64,000 bases of DNA, taken from Pseudomonadota bacterium (GTDB lineage: Bacteria; Pseudomonadota; Gammaproteobacteria; Burkholderiales; Sulfuriferulaceae). The translations under genes and the position numbers were made by a program. The stretch covers positions 160,942-224,941 of the forward strand of contig JAZKBM010000007.1 of the NCBI GenBank assembly GCA_040388645.1, written 5' to 3'. How positions within the stretch are numbered: position 1 is the stretch's first letter; the number at the start of each line of letters is the position of its first letter. Of the stretch, positions 37,511 to 46,980 are shown one piece after another. The notes under the pieces were generated by a model that worked only from the letters and a program-made list of their open reading frames with translations, made no database searches and had not been told where the DNA came from.

Positions 37511-38403
37511 ACACGCTTGCCGTGGTGTTATTCCTGTTGGCGGGAGCGTATCTGGTTGCTGTGCTGGAAGCATGGTTGGCGCACGGCCGTTTCCAGCTTG
37601 CGGCGCCGGCTTGGGCGGCCATGGCACTGCTGGGCCAGGAATCCGTCGTGCCGCGCACGCCAGACCGATTGTTCTTTGAAACCGCACCGGTTCTGCTACT
37701 GATTGCCGCGTTGCTTGCCGCAGCAGTGCTGCCGCTGAGCCCGACGCTGGTCATTACCAATTTGGCCACCGGGGCGCTATTCATCAATGCAGCGCTGGCG
37801 TATGTGCTGGTGGCGCTATTGATGGCCGGATGGGGGCCGAATGGTGCCTACGCACTGGTAGGTGGCTGGCGTTTCCTGGGGGAGGTGGTCGCCTATTCCA
37901 TGCTGATTGTCATGCCCATTACGGCAGTCGCAATGCGCGCCGAGTCGCTGCTTACTACGGATATCGTAGTTTCTCAAAAAGGTGTATGGAATATCGTTTA
38001 TCAGCCACTCGGCTTCGTTCTCTTTTTCATCGCCGCTTTGGCCGTGTCCTTTCTGCCGCCTTTCGACCTTCCCACAGCCAAGGGTGAATTGGCGGGTGGC
38101 GTAGAAGCTGAATATACCGGCACACGCCTGGCAATATTTCGCCTTGGCAGAATGGTGCTGGTCGTCTCCATGGCAACCGCCATTACGGTGTTTTTTCTGG
38201 GTGGCTGGCTAGGTCCCGGACTACCCGGATGGGCTTGGAGTGCCTTAAAAATTCTTTGCGTGAGCGCAGCGATGCTGCTTGCCGGGCATTATTTGCCGCG
38301 TATTCGCGAGGCGCATCTGCTGGCCTGGAGCTGGAAGCTGGGAATCCCGCTGGCGCTACTCAATCTGCTTGTCGTTGGTGTGATGGTGTTGATATGGCCA
38401 TGA
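37507..38403 (+). CDS. NuoH/ND1-like membrane subunit
   Basis: The ATG at 37507 forms an ATGA overlap with the fusion ORF stop, with GGGAG upstream. Conserved blocks are GWGPNGAYALVGGWR, PPFDLPTAKGELAGGVEAEYTG and LPRIREAHLLAWSWK. The N-terminal loop is divergent. Confidence 0.8.
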   Translation: MNTLAVVLFLLAGAYLVAVLEAWLAHGRFQLAAPAWAAMALLGQESVVPRTPDRLFFETAPVLLLIAALLAAAVLPLSPTLVITNLATGALFINAALAYVLVALLMAGWGPNGAYALVGGWRFLGEVVAYSMLIVMPITAVAMRAESLLTTDIVVSQKGVWNIVYQPLGFVLFFIAALAVSFLPPFDLPTAKGELAGGVEAEYTGTRLAIFRLGRMVLVVSMATAITVFFLGGWLGPGLPGWAWSALKILCVSAAMLLAGHYLPRIREAHLLAWSWKLGIPLALLNLLVVGVMVLIWP

Positions 38404-38924
38404 TTTCACTACAGACACTATTTATCGCATTTTTTGGAGCTGCTACCGTCGCGTTTGGCGTGGCGGTATTTCGCACTTCGTCGATGATGCGTTCGGCATT
38501 GGCGCTGCTGTTTTCTCAAACCGCACTAGGTGCGATGTTTCTGGCCATGCAGGCGGAGTTTCTTGGTGTATTGCAGATCATGATGATGGCAACTGAGATG
38601 AGCATCATGGCTATCTTTATGGTGATGTTCATGATGGATCCGGGTGGCCTGGGTGAAATGGAAATGTCTCACCAGAAACGACTATCCATTTTTGCCGGGA
38701 TCGCAGCTGCGCTGGTTACCGCTGGCATCGCGCTGTTCTCGGATTGGGGCACATCTAGTGTGGCACCGTTGGCGGCGGATCAGGTGCGCGCGTTGGGTAC
38801 GGAACTGCTGGGCCGGTCAATGCTGATTTTCGAGACTGCGGGCGTCACGATTCTGACAGCAATGATCGCCGCCACGGCAGTGGCAATGCCGGTGCTGCAA
38901 CGAAAGAGATCTGATGAACCCTGA
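38400..38924 (+). CDS. NuoJ/ND6-like membrane subunit
   Basis: About 174 aa and hydrophobic, located in the nuoJ position between the H-like and K-like genes. The ATG at 38400 forms an ATGA overlap with the previous stop; ATG 38394 is an alternative start. The track ORF starts much earlier, inside the H-like gene. Confidence 0.65.
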   Translation: MISLQTLFIAFFGAATVAFGVAVFRTSSMMRSALALLFSQTALGAMFLAMQAEFLGVLQIMMMATEMSIMAIFMVMFMMDPGGLGEMEMSHQKRLSIFAGIAAALVTAGIALFSDWGTSSVAPLAADQVRALGTELLGRSMLIFETAGVTILTAMIAATAVAMPVLQRKRSDEP

Positions 38925-39225
38925 TCTGCTCATTGCCCTGCTAACCGGCGCTGCCTTGTTTGGTATTGGAATCTACGGTGCTTTATCGCAGACCAATCTG
39001 GTCATGATCATGATGGGTGTGGAGCTGATTCTGGCCGGGGCCTTGGTTAATCTGGTTGCATTCTGGCGATTTTTATATCCGGATAATTATGCTGGCCAGA
39101 TGTTCGTGCTCATTGTCATGACGGTGATGGCACTGGAAATGGCAGTCGGTTTCGGCGTGGCGATTGCGCGTTTTCGCGCCAGGGGATCAGTGGAAATGGA
39201 AGAAGCCCAGGAGCTGAAAGGATGA
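38914..39225 (+). CDS. NuoK/ND4L-like membrane subunit
   Basis: 103 aa with three helices. Both conserved membrane Glu contexts are present (MGVELILAG and MALEMAVGFG). Confidence 0.8.
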   Translation: MNPDLLIALLTGAALFGIGIYGALSQTNLVMIMMGVELILAGALVNLVAFWRFLYPDNYAGQMFVLIVMTVMALEMAVGFGVAIARFRARGSVEMEEAQELKG

Positions 39226-41120
39226 ACCTCCTCGCGCTGGTCGTGCTGACGCCGCTCGCGGCGGCAGCCCTGATCCCGTTGTTACGCCGCGCACCCGCTG
39301 CCGTGGCCCTGCTGGGCGCGGTCATTGGGCTCTTTGCGAGTCTGTGGCTGCTGGCCGGTGCGTCGGACGGTATGCACCCGGTGCTGATCCTCCCCGGACT
39401 GCCTGACATGCCCCTGCGCCTGATTGCAGAACCGCTGAATGCGCTCTTGTCTGTGATGGTCGGCGTCGTCGGCATTTTTGTGCTGGTCTATGCCGTCGGC
39501 TATATGAAAGAAGATCCCGCCCAGCCGCGCTTCTTTGCCATCATGTCATTTTTTATTGCCGCCATGCAGACCCTGGTACTGGCCGGGGATTGGGTGTTAT
39601 TGCTGGCCGCTTGGGAACTCATCGGATTGAGCAGCTATCTGCTGATCGGCTTCTGGTACCAGCGCCCCGGGATAACGGCAGCCGCCACGCGGGCCTTCCT
39701 TTATACGCGTAGCGCCGACCTTGGTCTTTATGCGGCGGTGTTTATTCTGATTGCCGCGAGCGGCAGCAGCGAGATTGCCGCTTCTTTGCATACGGGGAGT
39801 ACAGCCGCCTTGGCCGCAGGGTTCATGTTGTTACTCGCTGCCATGGGCAAGTCGGCCCAAGTGCCGTTGCAGGACTGGCTGCTTGGCGCCATGGCAGGCC
39901 CGACGCCGGTCTCGGCTTTGTTGCATTCGGCCACGCTGGTGGCGGCCGGGGCCATCCTGCTGATCCGTACCGCGCCGCTGTTGCCGCCTGATGTGCTGCT
40001 TGCCATTGGTTTGGTGGGGGGTGTGACCACCGCGGTCGCTGGTCTCAGCGCGTTGGGATCATCGGACCTCAAGCGCTTATTGGCAGCATCAACTTCCAGC
40101 CAGTATGGTCTCATGCTGGTGGCGGTGGGTGCCGGCGTTCCGCTGGCGGCACTGCTGCATCTGATTGCCCATGCGGCTATCAAGAGTTCACTGTTTCTTG
40201 GTGCTGGTGTGTTTCAGCATAGCCGCGAGTCCACCCGGCTAACCGACTTGAATGGTGTCGGCCGTGATCGGCCACGTATCTTCGCCGGCTTCGTGCTGGC
40301 GGCGTTGGCGCTGGCCGGTATTCCACCTTTGAGCGGGTTTTTTTCCAAGGATGCCGTCATTGCCGCGGCCCTGTCTTCGGAACATGCGGCCGTGTTCGGT
40401 TCGCTCGCCTTGGCCGGTACCTTATTGACAGGGGCCTACATGGCTCGAGCCTTGCGCATACTCTGGCGTGGTGAACGCCAGCAGCGACAAGTGGCTGGGC
40501 TGGTTTGGATGGGTGCCGGACTCGCCGGTCTGGTCAGTCTGGCTGTCCTCTTGGGACTTGCTTTTCCGTCTATCGAGGGGCTGATGTTAAATCACCTGCC
40601 AGAAAGCGCTGTTGCACAAATGGCGGGGGTGGGCGCGATGCTCACCGGTTTGATATTGGGCTGGTTTGTTGGTGGCCGACGTATGCTCGGACCACTGCAG
40701 AGCTGGGCGCAGCAAGACTTTGTCATCGCTGGTGGCATGGATAGATGGGTGGTGCGCCCGGTTTTGGCGGTGGCCCAGGCTTGCGAGCAATTTGAAAACA
40801 AACTCTACAGAACGGTGCTCATGGCCGCACGTCCGGCACTGGCGCTTGCTCGGGTCAGCAGGCAATTGGAAAGCAGACTCTACAATGCGGTGCTCGCATT
40901 GGGTCGGCTCAACTGCGGCATAGGGCGAGGGGTACGCATGAGCGACGAGCGCGGCATCGATGGACTGATTTTCGCCTTGGTGCGTGGCAGTGTGGCGCTG
41001 GGTGAAAAGGTGCGCGCTTTGCAAAGCGGCCTGATCCACCGCGAACTGGCGATGAGTGTACTGGGCACCGCCGTTATACTGGCCGCGCTGATGGCCGGTT
41101 TGTTGTCTTTAAAATACTGA
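39222..41120 (+). CDS. NuoL/ND5-like antiporter-type subunit
   Basis: 632 aa containing AAWELIGLSSYLLIGFW and KSAQVPLQDWLLGAMAGPTPVSALLHSATLVAAG. A long C-terminal helix plus a terminal TM segment is consistent with the NuoL lateral helix. Confidence 0.85.
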   Translation: MNLLALVVLTPLAAAALIPLLRRAPAAVALLGAVIGLFASLWLLAGASDGMHPVLILPGLPDMPLRLIAEPLNALLSVMVGVVGIFVLVYAVGYMKEDPAQPRFFAIMSFFIAAMQTLVLAGDWVLLLAAWELIGLSSYLLIGFWYQRPGITAAATRAFLYTRSADLGLYAAVFILIAASGSSEIAASLHTGSTAALAAGFMLLLAAMGKSAQVPLQDWLLGAMAGPTPVSALLHSATLVAAGAILLIRTAPLLPPDVLLAIGLVGGVTTAVAGLSALGSSDLKRLLAASTSSQYGLMLVAVGAGVPLAALLHLIAHAAIKSSLFLGAGVFQHSRESTRLTDLNGVGRDRPRIFAGFVLAALALAGIPPLSGFFSKDAVIAAALSSEHAAVFGSLALAGTLLTGAYMARALRILWRGERQQRQVAGLVWMGAGLAGLVSLAVLLGLAFPSIEGLMLNHLPESAVAQMAGVGAMLTGLILGWFVGGRRMLGPLQSWAQQDFVIAGGMDRWVVRPVLAVAQACEQFENKLYRTVLMAARPALALARVSRQLESRLYNAVLALGRLNCGIGRGVRMSDERGIDGLIFALVRGSVALGEKVRALQSGLIHRELAMSVLGTAVILAALMAGLLSLKY

Positions 41121-41149
41121 TTCGGAATATTTAAAAAGGAGAATCCGGC

Positions 41150-42619
41150 GTGCTTCCCATTGTGTCGATAACCCTGTTTCTGCCGGTGCTGGGGGCACTG
41201 TCTGTCATGGCCTTGCGCCGCACATCTGCCTCGGTTGTACACGGTATCGGCATACTCACAAGTGCGCTGGTGTTGTTGGGTGCGCTGTGGATGTGGGCGC
41301 GTGGCGTAGAGCCGGGAGGTTACTCACAGATAGAGCAAATCGACTGGATGCCGACTATCGGCGCCAGTTACCGGGTGGGTGTGGATGGTATCAGCTTGCC
41401 GCTGGTATTGTTGAGTGCGTTGTTGTTCTTTCTGTCGTTTATTTTTTCGTCCAAGGTGAAACAACGTCCCCACGCCTACGTGGTGTTGATGCTCCTGCTC
41501 GAGACGGCATCGATCGGCACCTTTACCGCGCTGGATGGATTGCTTTTCTACGTCTTTTTCGAAGTGTCGCTGGTCTCGATGTATTTCATGATTGCCGGTT
41601 GGGGCCATGAGGATCGGCAGCGTGCCGCGCTGATGTTCTTCCTCTATACTCTGCTTGGCAGCCTGCCGCTGCTACTCGCCATTCTCGCGCTCTATCTGGG
41701 CGGCGCGCAGCATACTTTTGACATGCGAGCCTGGATTGCCCATCCGCCGTTGACTGGCACGACGGCCATGCTGGCGTTTATCGCCATGTTATTTACCTTT
41801 GCGGTCAAGACACCGGTATTTCCCTTGCATGCATGGCTGCCGGCTGCTCACGTGCAGGCGCCAACTACCGGCAGTGTTCTCCTGGCAGGTGTCATGCTTA
41901 AATTCGGTGCCTACGGCCTGATACGCTTCGCGCTGCAGATGACGCCCGATGCCTTCCGTGAAATCGGTACCGTGGTTCTTACGCTCGGCGTATTCAGTGC
42001 GTTGTATGGCGCTTTTGCCGCGCTTGCGCAAAGCGATCTGAAGCGCATGGTCGCCTATACCTCGGTCAACCATATGGGTTACGTGGTGGTCGGCGTGGCC
42101 ATCGCTGCCCTGGCCACCGATCCAGCGATTCGCGCGACGGCGCTGGATGGTTCCGTATTGCAGATGGTTAGCCATGGGGTGGTCACCGGCGCGCTGTTCT
42201 TTCTGGTCGGCATGCTGGACGACCGCGCACATACGCGCGAGATGGAAAACTTCGGTGGTCTGCTGAAGTTCGTGCCACTGCTGGGCTGGTCGTTCGTGCT
42301 GGCGGCCTTCGCTTCACTCGGCCTGCCGGGGCTGGCCCATTTTCCTGCCGAGTTCCAGATCTTTCTCGCCACGCTGCGTGAGGCGCCAGTGGCGCTCATT
42401 GTCATTCTCGGTATTGTGATTACGGCCGGCCTGTATTTGCGTGCTATCGGCAAAGTATTTTTTGGCGCGCCGCGTGAACAATGGGCCGGGATGCCTGATC
42501 TGAACGCGCGAGAGGTTCTGACCCTGGTGCCGTTACTGGTGCTGATTATCCTCATCGGTATTGCACCCACGTGGTTACTGAACCCCATTCATCAGACTAC
42601 CGCGGCGCTGCATTTTTGA
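41150..42619 (+). CDS. NuoM/ND4-like antiporter-type subunit
   Basis: 489 aa with a GTG start. It contains FYVFFEVSLVSMYFMI, AVKTPVFPLHAWLPAAHVQAPTTGSVLLAGVMLKFGAYG and SVNHMGYV. Confidence 0.85.
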   Translation: MLPIVSITLFLPVLGALSVMALRRTSASVVHGIGILTSALVLLGALWMWARGVEPGGYSQIEQIDWMPTIGASYRVGVDGISLPLVLLSALLFFLSFIFSSKVKQRPHAYVVLMLLLETASIGTFTALDGLLFYVFFEVSLVSMYFMIAGWGHEDRQRAALMFFLYTLLGSLPLLLAILALYLGGAQHTFDMRAWIAHPPLTGTTAMLAFIAMLFTFAVKTPVFPLHAWLPAAHVQAPTTGSVLLAGVMLKFGAYGLIRFALQMTPDAFREIGTVVLTLGVFSALYGAFAALAQSDLKRMVAYTSVNHMGYVVVGVAIAALATDPAIRATALDGSVLQMVSHGVVTGALFFLVGMLDDRAHTREMENFGGLLKFVPLLGWSFVLAAFASLGLPGLAHFPAEFQIFLATLREAPVALIVILGIVITAGLYLRAIGKVFFGAPREQWAGMPDLNAREVLTLVPLLVLIILIGIAPTWLLNPIHQTTAALHF

Positions 42620-42635
42620 TGGGTAGGCAAGCCGC

Positions 42636-44021
42636 ATGACACAGATGACCAACGATCTGTTGCACCTGATCCCGGAGATTGTGGTGCTGTGCACCGGCGC
42701 GGGTGCCTTGGTGTTCGAGATGTTGCGCATGCCGCGCGCCGGGCTGGCTTTTGCCGTCGCCGGCTTGCTGCTCGCTACCGGCCTGACCCTCCCGTTGCTG
42801 GGTGTGGATATCGAGGTATTCGGCGGCACCTTTCGCATCGACACGCTGAGTGTCTGGGCCAAGTTGATTCTATTGCCGGCCACTGCTTTGTCCCTGTTAC
42901 TGGCGCGTGCCGAGCTTGCCGACAGCGATCGGGAAGGGACTGTTTACAGCCTGCTCTGCTTTGTCACGTTTAGTGCATTGATACTGGCCGGGAGCGGCGA
43001 CACCATGTTTTTGGTGCTGGGCGTACTGCTGTCTTCGCTGGGGTCATTCGCGCTGGTCGCTTATCCTCGAAACGATGCGGCGACGGAAGCCGCCATGAAG
43101 TTTTTCGTTTTCGCTTCGGTGACGGGGGGCGTGATGATTTTCGGACTCACTTACTGGTTTGGCGCCACCGGGTCAACGCTCTTCAATCAGCTTGTACTGC
43201 TTGATCAGATGCCGCTCGCTGCGACGATTGGTCTGGTCGGTGTGGTGACTGGATTGGGGTATAAGGCATCCTTGGCACCCTTCCATTTCTGGGCGCCCGA
43301 TGCGTATCAAGGCGCACCGGTATCGATCGCTGCTTATCTCTCCGTTGTGCCGAAGATCGGGGCGATTTTTGCGTTGGCTCAGGTGCCGCGTGATTTGCCG
43401 GTAACCAGCGGCTGGCCCCAAATGATTGCGGTTGTTGCGGTACTCAGCATGTCCTGGGGCTATCTCGCTGCGCTGGTGCAGCAAAATGTCGTCAGGCTGC
43501 TGGCTTATTCATCGATTGCTCAAGCAGGCTATTTTTTACTCGGTATTGTTGCGATAGGCGCGAGTTCCTTGGCGCTGCCCTCGCTAATTGTGTTTGCCGC
43601 TGCCTACGCCGCGATGAATCTGGGCGCGTTTGCCATTATTCAGCTCACAGGCCATGCATTGGAAGCCTACAAAGGCATAGGGCGCACCCAGCCGCTACGT
43701 GGTGTGGTGATGACGATATTCCTGATATCGCTGGTGGGGATTCCTCCACTAGCCGGATTTGCAGGGAAATTTCTGCTTTTCGGCGCGGCCATGGACGCCC
43801 ATTTCACTTGGCTGGCATTGCTTGCTGTGCTTAACACGGTCCTTTCGCTGGCAGTATATTTACGCATTATTGTGCCTATGTATCGGCCATGTGAAACCGC
43901 TCATCAATCCACACAGCAAAATGCACCAGGATTGCTGATTACAACCGTTTGGTGGATTGCGCTGATCGTCACTATTGGACTCGGTTTAATGGCGCAATTG
44001 ATACTCGGCGTTATTCATTAG
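42636..44021 (+). CDS. NuoN/ND2-like antiporter-type subunit
   Basis: 461 aa containing GYKASLAPFHFWAPDAYQGAPVSIAAYLSVVPKIGA and SSIAQAGYFLLG. Confidence 0.85.
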   Translation: MTQMTNDLLHLIPEIVVLCTGAGALVFEMLRMPRAGLAFAVAGLLLATGLTLPLLGVDIEVFGGTFRIDTLSVWAKLILLPATALSLLLARAELADSDREGTVYSLLCFVTFSALILAGSGDTMFLVLGVLLSSLGSFALVAYPRNDAATEAAMKFFVFASVTGGVMIFGLTYWFGATGSTLFNQLVLLDQMPLAATIGLVGVVTGLGYKASLAPFHFWAPDAYQGAPVSIAAYLSVVPKIGAIFALAQVPRDLPVTSGWPQMIAVVAVLSMSWGYLAALVQQNVVRLLAYSSIAQAGYFLLGIVAIGASSLALPSLIVFAAAYAAMNLGAFAIIQLTGHALEAYKGIGRTQPLRGVVMTIFLISLVGIPPLAGFAGKFLLFGAAMDAHFTWLALLAVLNTVLSLAVYLRIIVPMYRPCETAHQSTQQNAPGLLITTVWWIALIVTIGLGLMAQLILGVIH

Positions 44022-44067
44022 GCTGATCCTGGCATTACCGGTGGGGATCAATCGCAAAATAATAGAA

Positions 44068-45981
44068 TCAGTGTTTCGCCTCTTCAATCACGCGACCACA
44101 TTCACTTTTTTTACCTGGACCGGTATCCAGTAAAGGAATAATTGCCAGGAAAGGATTGACTACACCCAAGGCAATCGCCCCTGCGCTACGCAAGGCCACT
44201 TTGGTTTTATCAATGGATATCTCAGGTTTGGAAAACTTCCCGCGAATGTAAATCGGGCTGCGTAATGCAACAGGGCTGATCACTTTGGTATGCGGGACCA
44301 AATCCAGATTGAGTGTTTCTTGAGCCATATCGATATCACCGGTGCCTGTAATGGTGGTGATCTCGGTATCCAGCAGCATGGTCCTGGTTTGCAAGACACC
44401 TTTTTTGACATTGAAATCGGCCACGGCGCAATTCAGTTTGATGACTTTATCGCCGGTCAGTTTAAGTTGCAATATTTCCCATAAATGCAAACCAGCAGTT
44501 TCCAGCATTAGTTTGCTGATTTCGCCGCCATCAATCAGTAATACAACCTTGCCGTCGGAGCTGGCAAGCATTTTACTGACGGCGTTTCCATTGCCGTGCA
44601 GATCAAAGTCACCGTTTATCTGACCAATGCTGGTTTTGGACAACTTGATGGTCGGAAATAGCTCATTGAGCATCAGTTTCCGTGCATGGATGTTGAGTTT
44701 GGCCTGGATCGGATCGTGTCGACCATCGAGTGTAATAGCCCCTGCAAGGTTGCCACCCGCGACACCAAACTTTAATGGGTCAAGCGTCAATATCGAGTCG
44801 CGCATTTGCAAGCGGGTCACCAGGTCTTCTATCGGTAAGGCTTTGGCACGCTGGATACGCTTTGCCTGAATTTTGACATCCGCATCGACACTGTTCCAGC
44901 GTTCGGTGCGGAATGGCAAGTCGGGTAGCACACCACCTTTCTGTTGCCCTGGAGCCGCCGCTGTAGATTGGCCAGTATTTTGTTTGCTCATCCCCACGGG
45001 CGATCCCAGATCAGCCAGGTTCAGCACCTGAAATGTCAAATCACCGCGCAAAAACGGGCGTTTCCCGCGACTGTCGATTTGCATGTTGCCCGCCAAATCG
45101 CTTTTGCCAATGCGTCCTGCAAATTTTTCATAACGCCATTGGCGAGCGCTATGCAACAAGTGTCCCTTGGTTGAGTACGCTGGTGTGCGTGGCAGGGCAA
45201 TACCGATCAAGGGATAGAGCTGATCAAGGCTATTCCCCTTCAGCACCATGTTCAGGTCTACTGCGCTGAATCGGGTCAGACTGGTCACTGTGCCGTCAGC
45301 CTGAAGTTGAGTGTGGCCGATAGTCGCCTTGATATTGATGGGGTAGGGCGTGGTTTGATCGCTCAACGCGAGTATCGTGCCGCCGCTGCCGCTCGCATTT
45401 AAAGGCATTCCTTCATATTCACCCTGCGCTTTGAACTGGATATTCGCAGTCCCGGTATCCTGTGGCCCGGTTTGACGCGTTGAAAGCGCAGCTTGAATGT
45501 GGATTTTTTGGGCAGGCGCACTGTAAGTGAGGTGACCATTATCCAGCTCGATGCGATCAATTTTTGCCTGGGCGCTTTCATCCGTCTGATTGCGGTCCAG
45601 CAGCCAATTCTTGCGGCCATCAGCGCTTTGTTCGAGAAACACTTGCGGTTGGGTAAGCTTAACGGTCGATAGCCAGAATTGCCGTTCGAATAATTCTGGC
45701 AAACGGATTCCACCATCCAAGCGCTTTACGCTAAACATCAATGGCTGCTGGGCCCAGGCTGGATTGGCAAAAGTGATATCGGTAACCTGGACGCGAGTGA
45801 CCGGCCAGCCCAGTTTGACATGGAGATTCCCACGGATCGTCAGCGCCCGCCCGGTTTTATCGGTGACCGCCCGTTCGAGCGGATGGCGCAGCCAGTTCCA
45901 GTCGAAGAACAGCACGAACAGAACGATGATGACGATTATCGCCGCCAGAAGGTACCCCAACCATTTCATGATGCGACGCAA
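44068..45981 (-). CDS. AsmA-family outer-membrane biogenesis protein
   Basis: 637 aa. An N-terminal anchor (MKWLGYLLAAIIVIIVLFVLFF) is followed by a long beta-rich periplasmic region of the AsmA type (NWLRHPLERAVTDKTGR...). Confidence 0.7.
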   Translation of the reverse strand: MRRIMKWLGYLLAAIIVIIVLFVLFFDWNWLRHPLERAVTDKTGRALTIRGNLHVKLGWPVTRVQVTDITFANPAWAQQPLMFSVKRLDGGIRLPELFERQFWLSTVKLTQPQVFLEQSADGRKNWLLDRNQTDESAQAKIDRIELDNGHLTYSAPAQKIHIQAALSTRQTGPQDTGTANIQFKAQGEYEGMPLNASGSGGTILALSDQTTPYPINIKATIGHTQLQADGTVTSLTRFSAVDLNMVLKGNSLDQLYPLIGIALPRTPAYSTKGHLLHSARQWRYEKFAGRIGKSDLAGNMQIDSRGKRPFLRGDLTFQVLNLADLGSPVGMSKQNTGQSTAAAPGQQKGGVLPDLPFRTERWNSVDADVKIQAKRIQRAKALPIEDLVTRLQMRDSILTLDPLKFGVAGGNLAGAITLDGRHDPIQAKLNIHARKLMLNELFPTIKLSKTSIGQINGDFDLHGNGNAVSKMLASSDGKVVLLIDGGEISKLMLETAGLHLWEILQLKLTGDKVIKLNCAVADFNVKKGVLQTRTMLLDTEITTITGTGDIDMAQETLNLDLVPHTKVISPVALRSPIYIRGKFSKPEISIDKTKVALRSAGAIALGVVNPFLAIIPLLDTGPGKKSECGRVIEEAKH

Positions 45982-46185
45982 GATGTAGACTTCCGATAAA
46001 CGACAGTTCCATCAATATTGCATCAGGTACGTTTTAAATCAGTGCGCTAACGAACATACGATAGGGCTTTTACGGTTGCTGCCGGGTTCTGGCTGTGAGA
46101 GAATCGCGCCACAAGTAAATATACCGGTGAGAACGCCATATTATTTTGCGTTTCGATCCATCCTCCAGAAAATCATCTTCTCACC

Positions 46186-46980
46186 ATGACCATCCTCACC
46201 TGGATTATTACTGCCAGTCTGCTCGGTAGTGCGTTGAGTGTATTGGTTGCATCGATCTTTGCCTATGCTGCCAAGCCCAGTTGGGTTGGGATGTTGGTAA
46301 GCTACGCGATTGGTGCGTTGCTGGGCGCGGTTTTTCTGGAAATATTGCCGCATGCGTTTGAGGCTTCGGGCAACGCCCACACTACTGCCGCCACAGTACT
46401 GGCAGGAATCATGGGATTCTTCGTGCTGGAGAAGCTGGTGTTATGGCGCCACTGCCATCACGAAACCTGCGAAACGCATGGTTTGGAGCCCGCCCATCAG
46501 CAAGATCATGGCGGTTTCGATCATGGTCGCAGTGGCATGATGATCCTGGTCGGCGATACTTTTCATAATTTCGTCGATGGCATTTTGATCGCGGCTGCGT
46601 TCCTTGCAGATATAGAATTGGGCATCATCACCGCACTGGCCATTATCACCCACGAGATTCCGCAGGAAGTCGGCGATTTCCTGATCCTGCTGCACTCGGG
46701 TTACAGCAAGGCACGTGCATTGGCTTATAACTTGCTCTCCAGCGCTGCCACACTGGTCGGTGGTTTGCTGGCGTACTTTGCGCTGCAATCCATGCAGAAT
46801 ATGGTGCCGGTATTCCTTGGTTTGGCGGCGGCGAGCATGATTTACGTCGCGGTTGCTGACCTGATTCCCGGCCTGCATAAACGCGTGGGACTGACTGCTA
46901 CCGTTGAGCAGGTGTTGCTGATTGGCGCCGGCATTGCGACCATTGCGGTGACAGAGATGCTGGTGGGCAAATACGCTTAA
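46186..46980 (+). CDS. ZIP-family divalent metal transporter (ZupT/GufA-like)
   Basis: 264 aa with a His-rich loop (HCHHETCETHGLEPAHQQDHGGFDHG) and the ZIP signature HNFVDG...THEIPQEVGDF. Confidence 0.85.
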   Translation: MTILTWIITASLLGSALSVLVASIFAYAAKPSWVGMLVSYAIGALLGAVFLEILPHAFEASGNAHTTAATVLAGIMGFFVLEKLVLWRHCHHETCETHGLEPAHQQDHGGFDHGRSGMMILVGDTFHNFVDGILIAAAFLADIELGIITALAIITHEIPQEVGDFLILLHSGYSKARALAYNLLSSAATLVGGLLAYFALQSMQNMVPVFLGLAAASMIYVAVADLIPGLHKRVGLTATVEQVLLIGAGIATIAVTEMLVGKYA

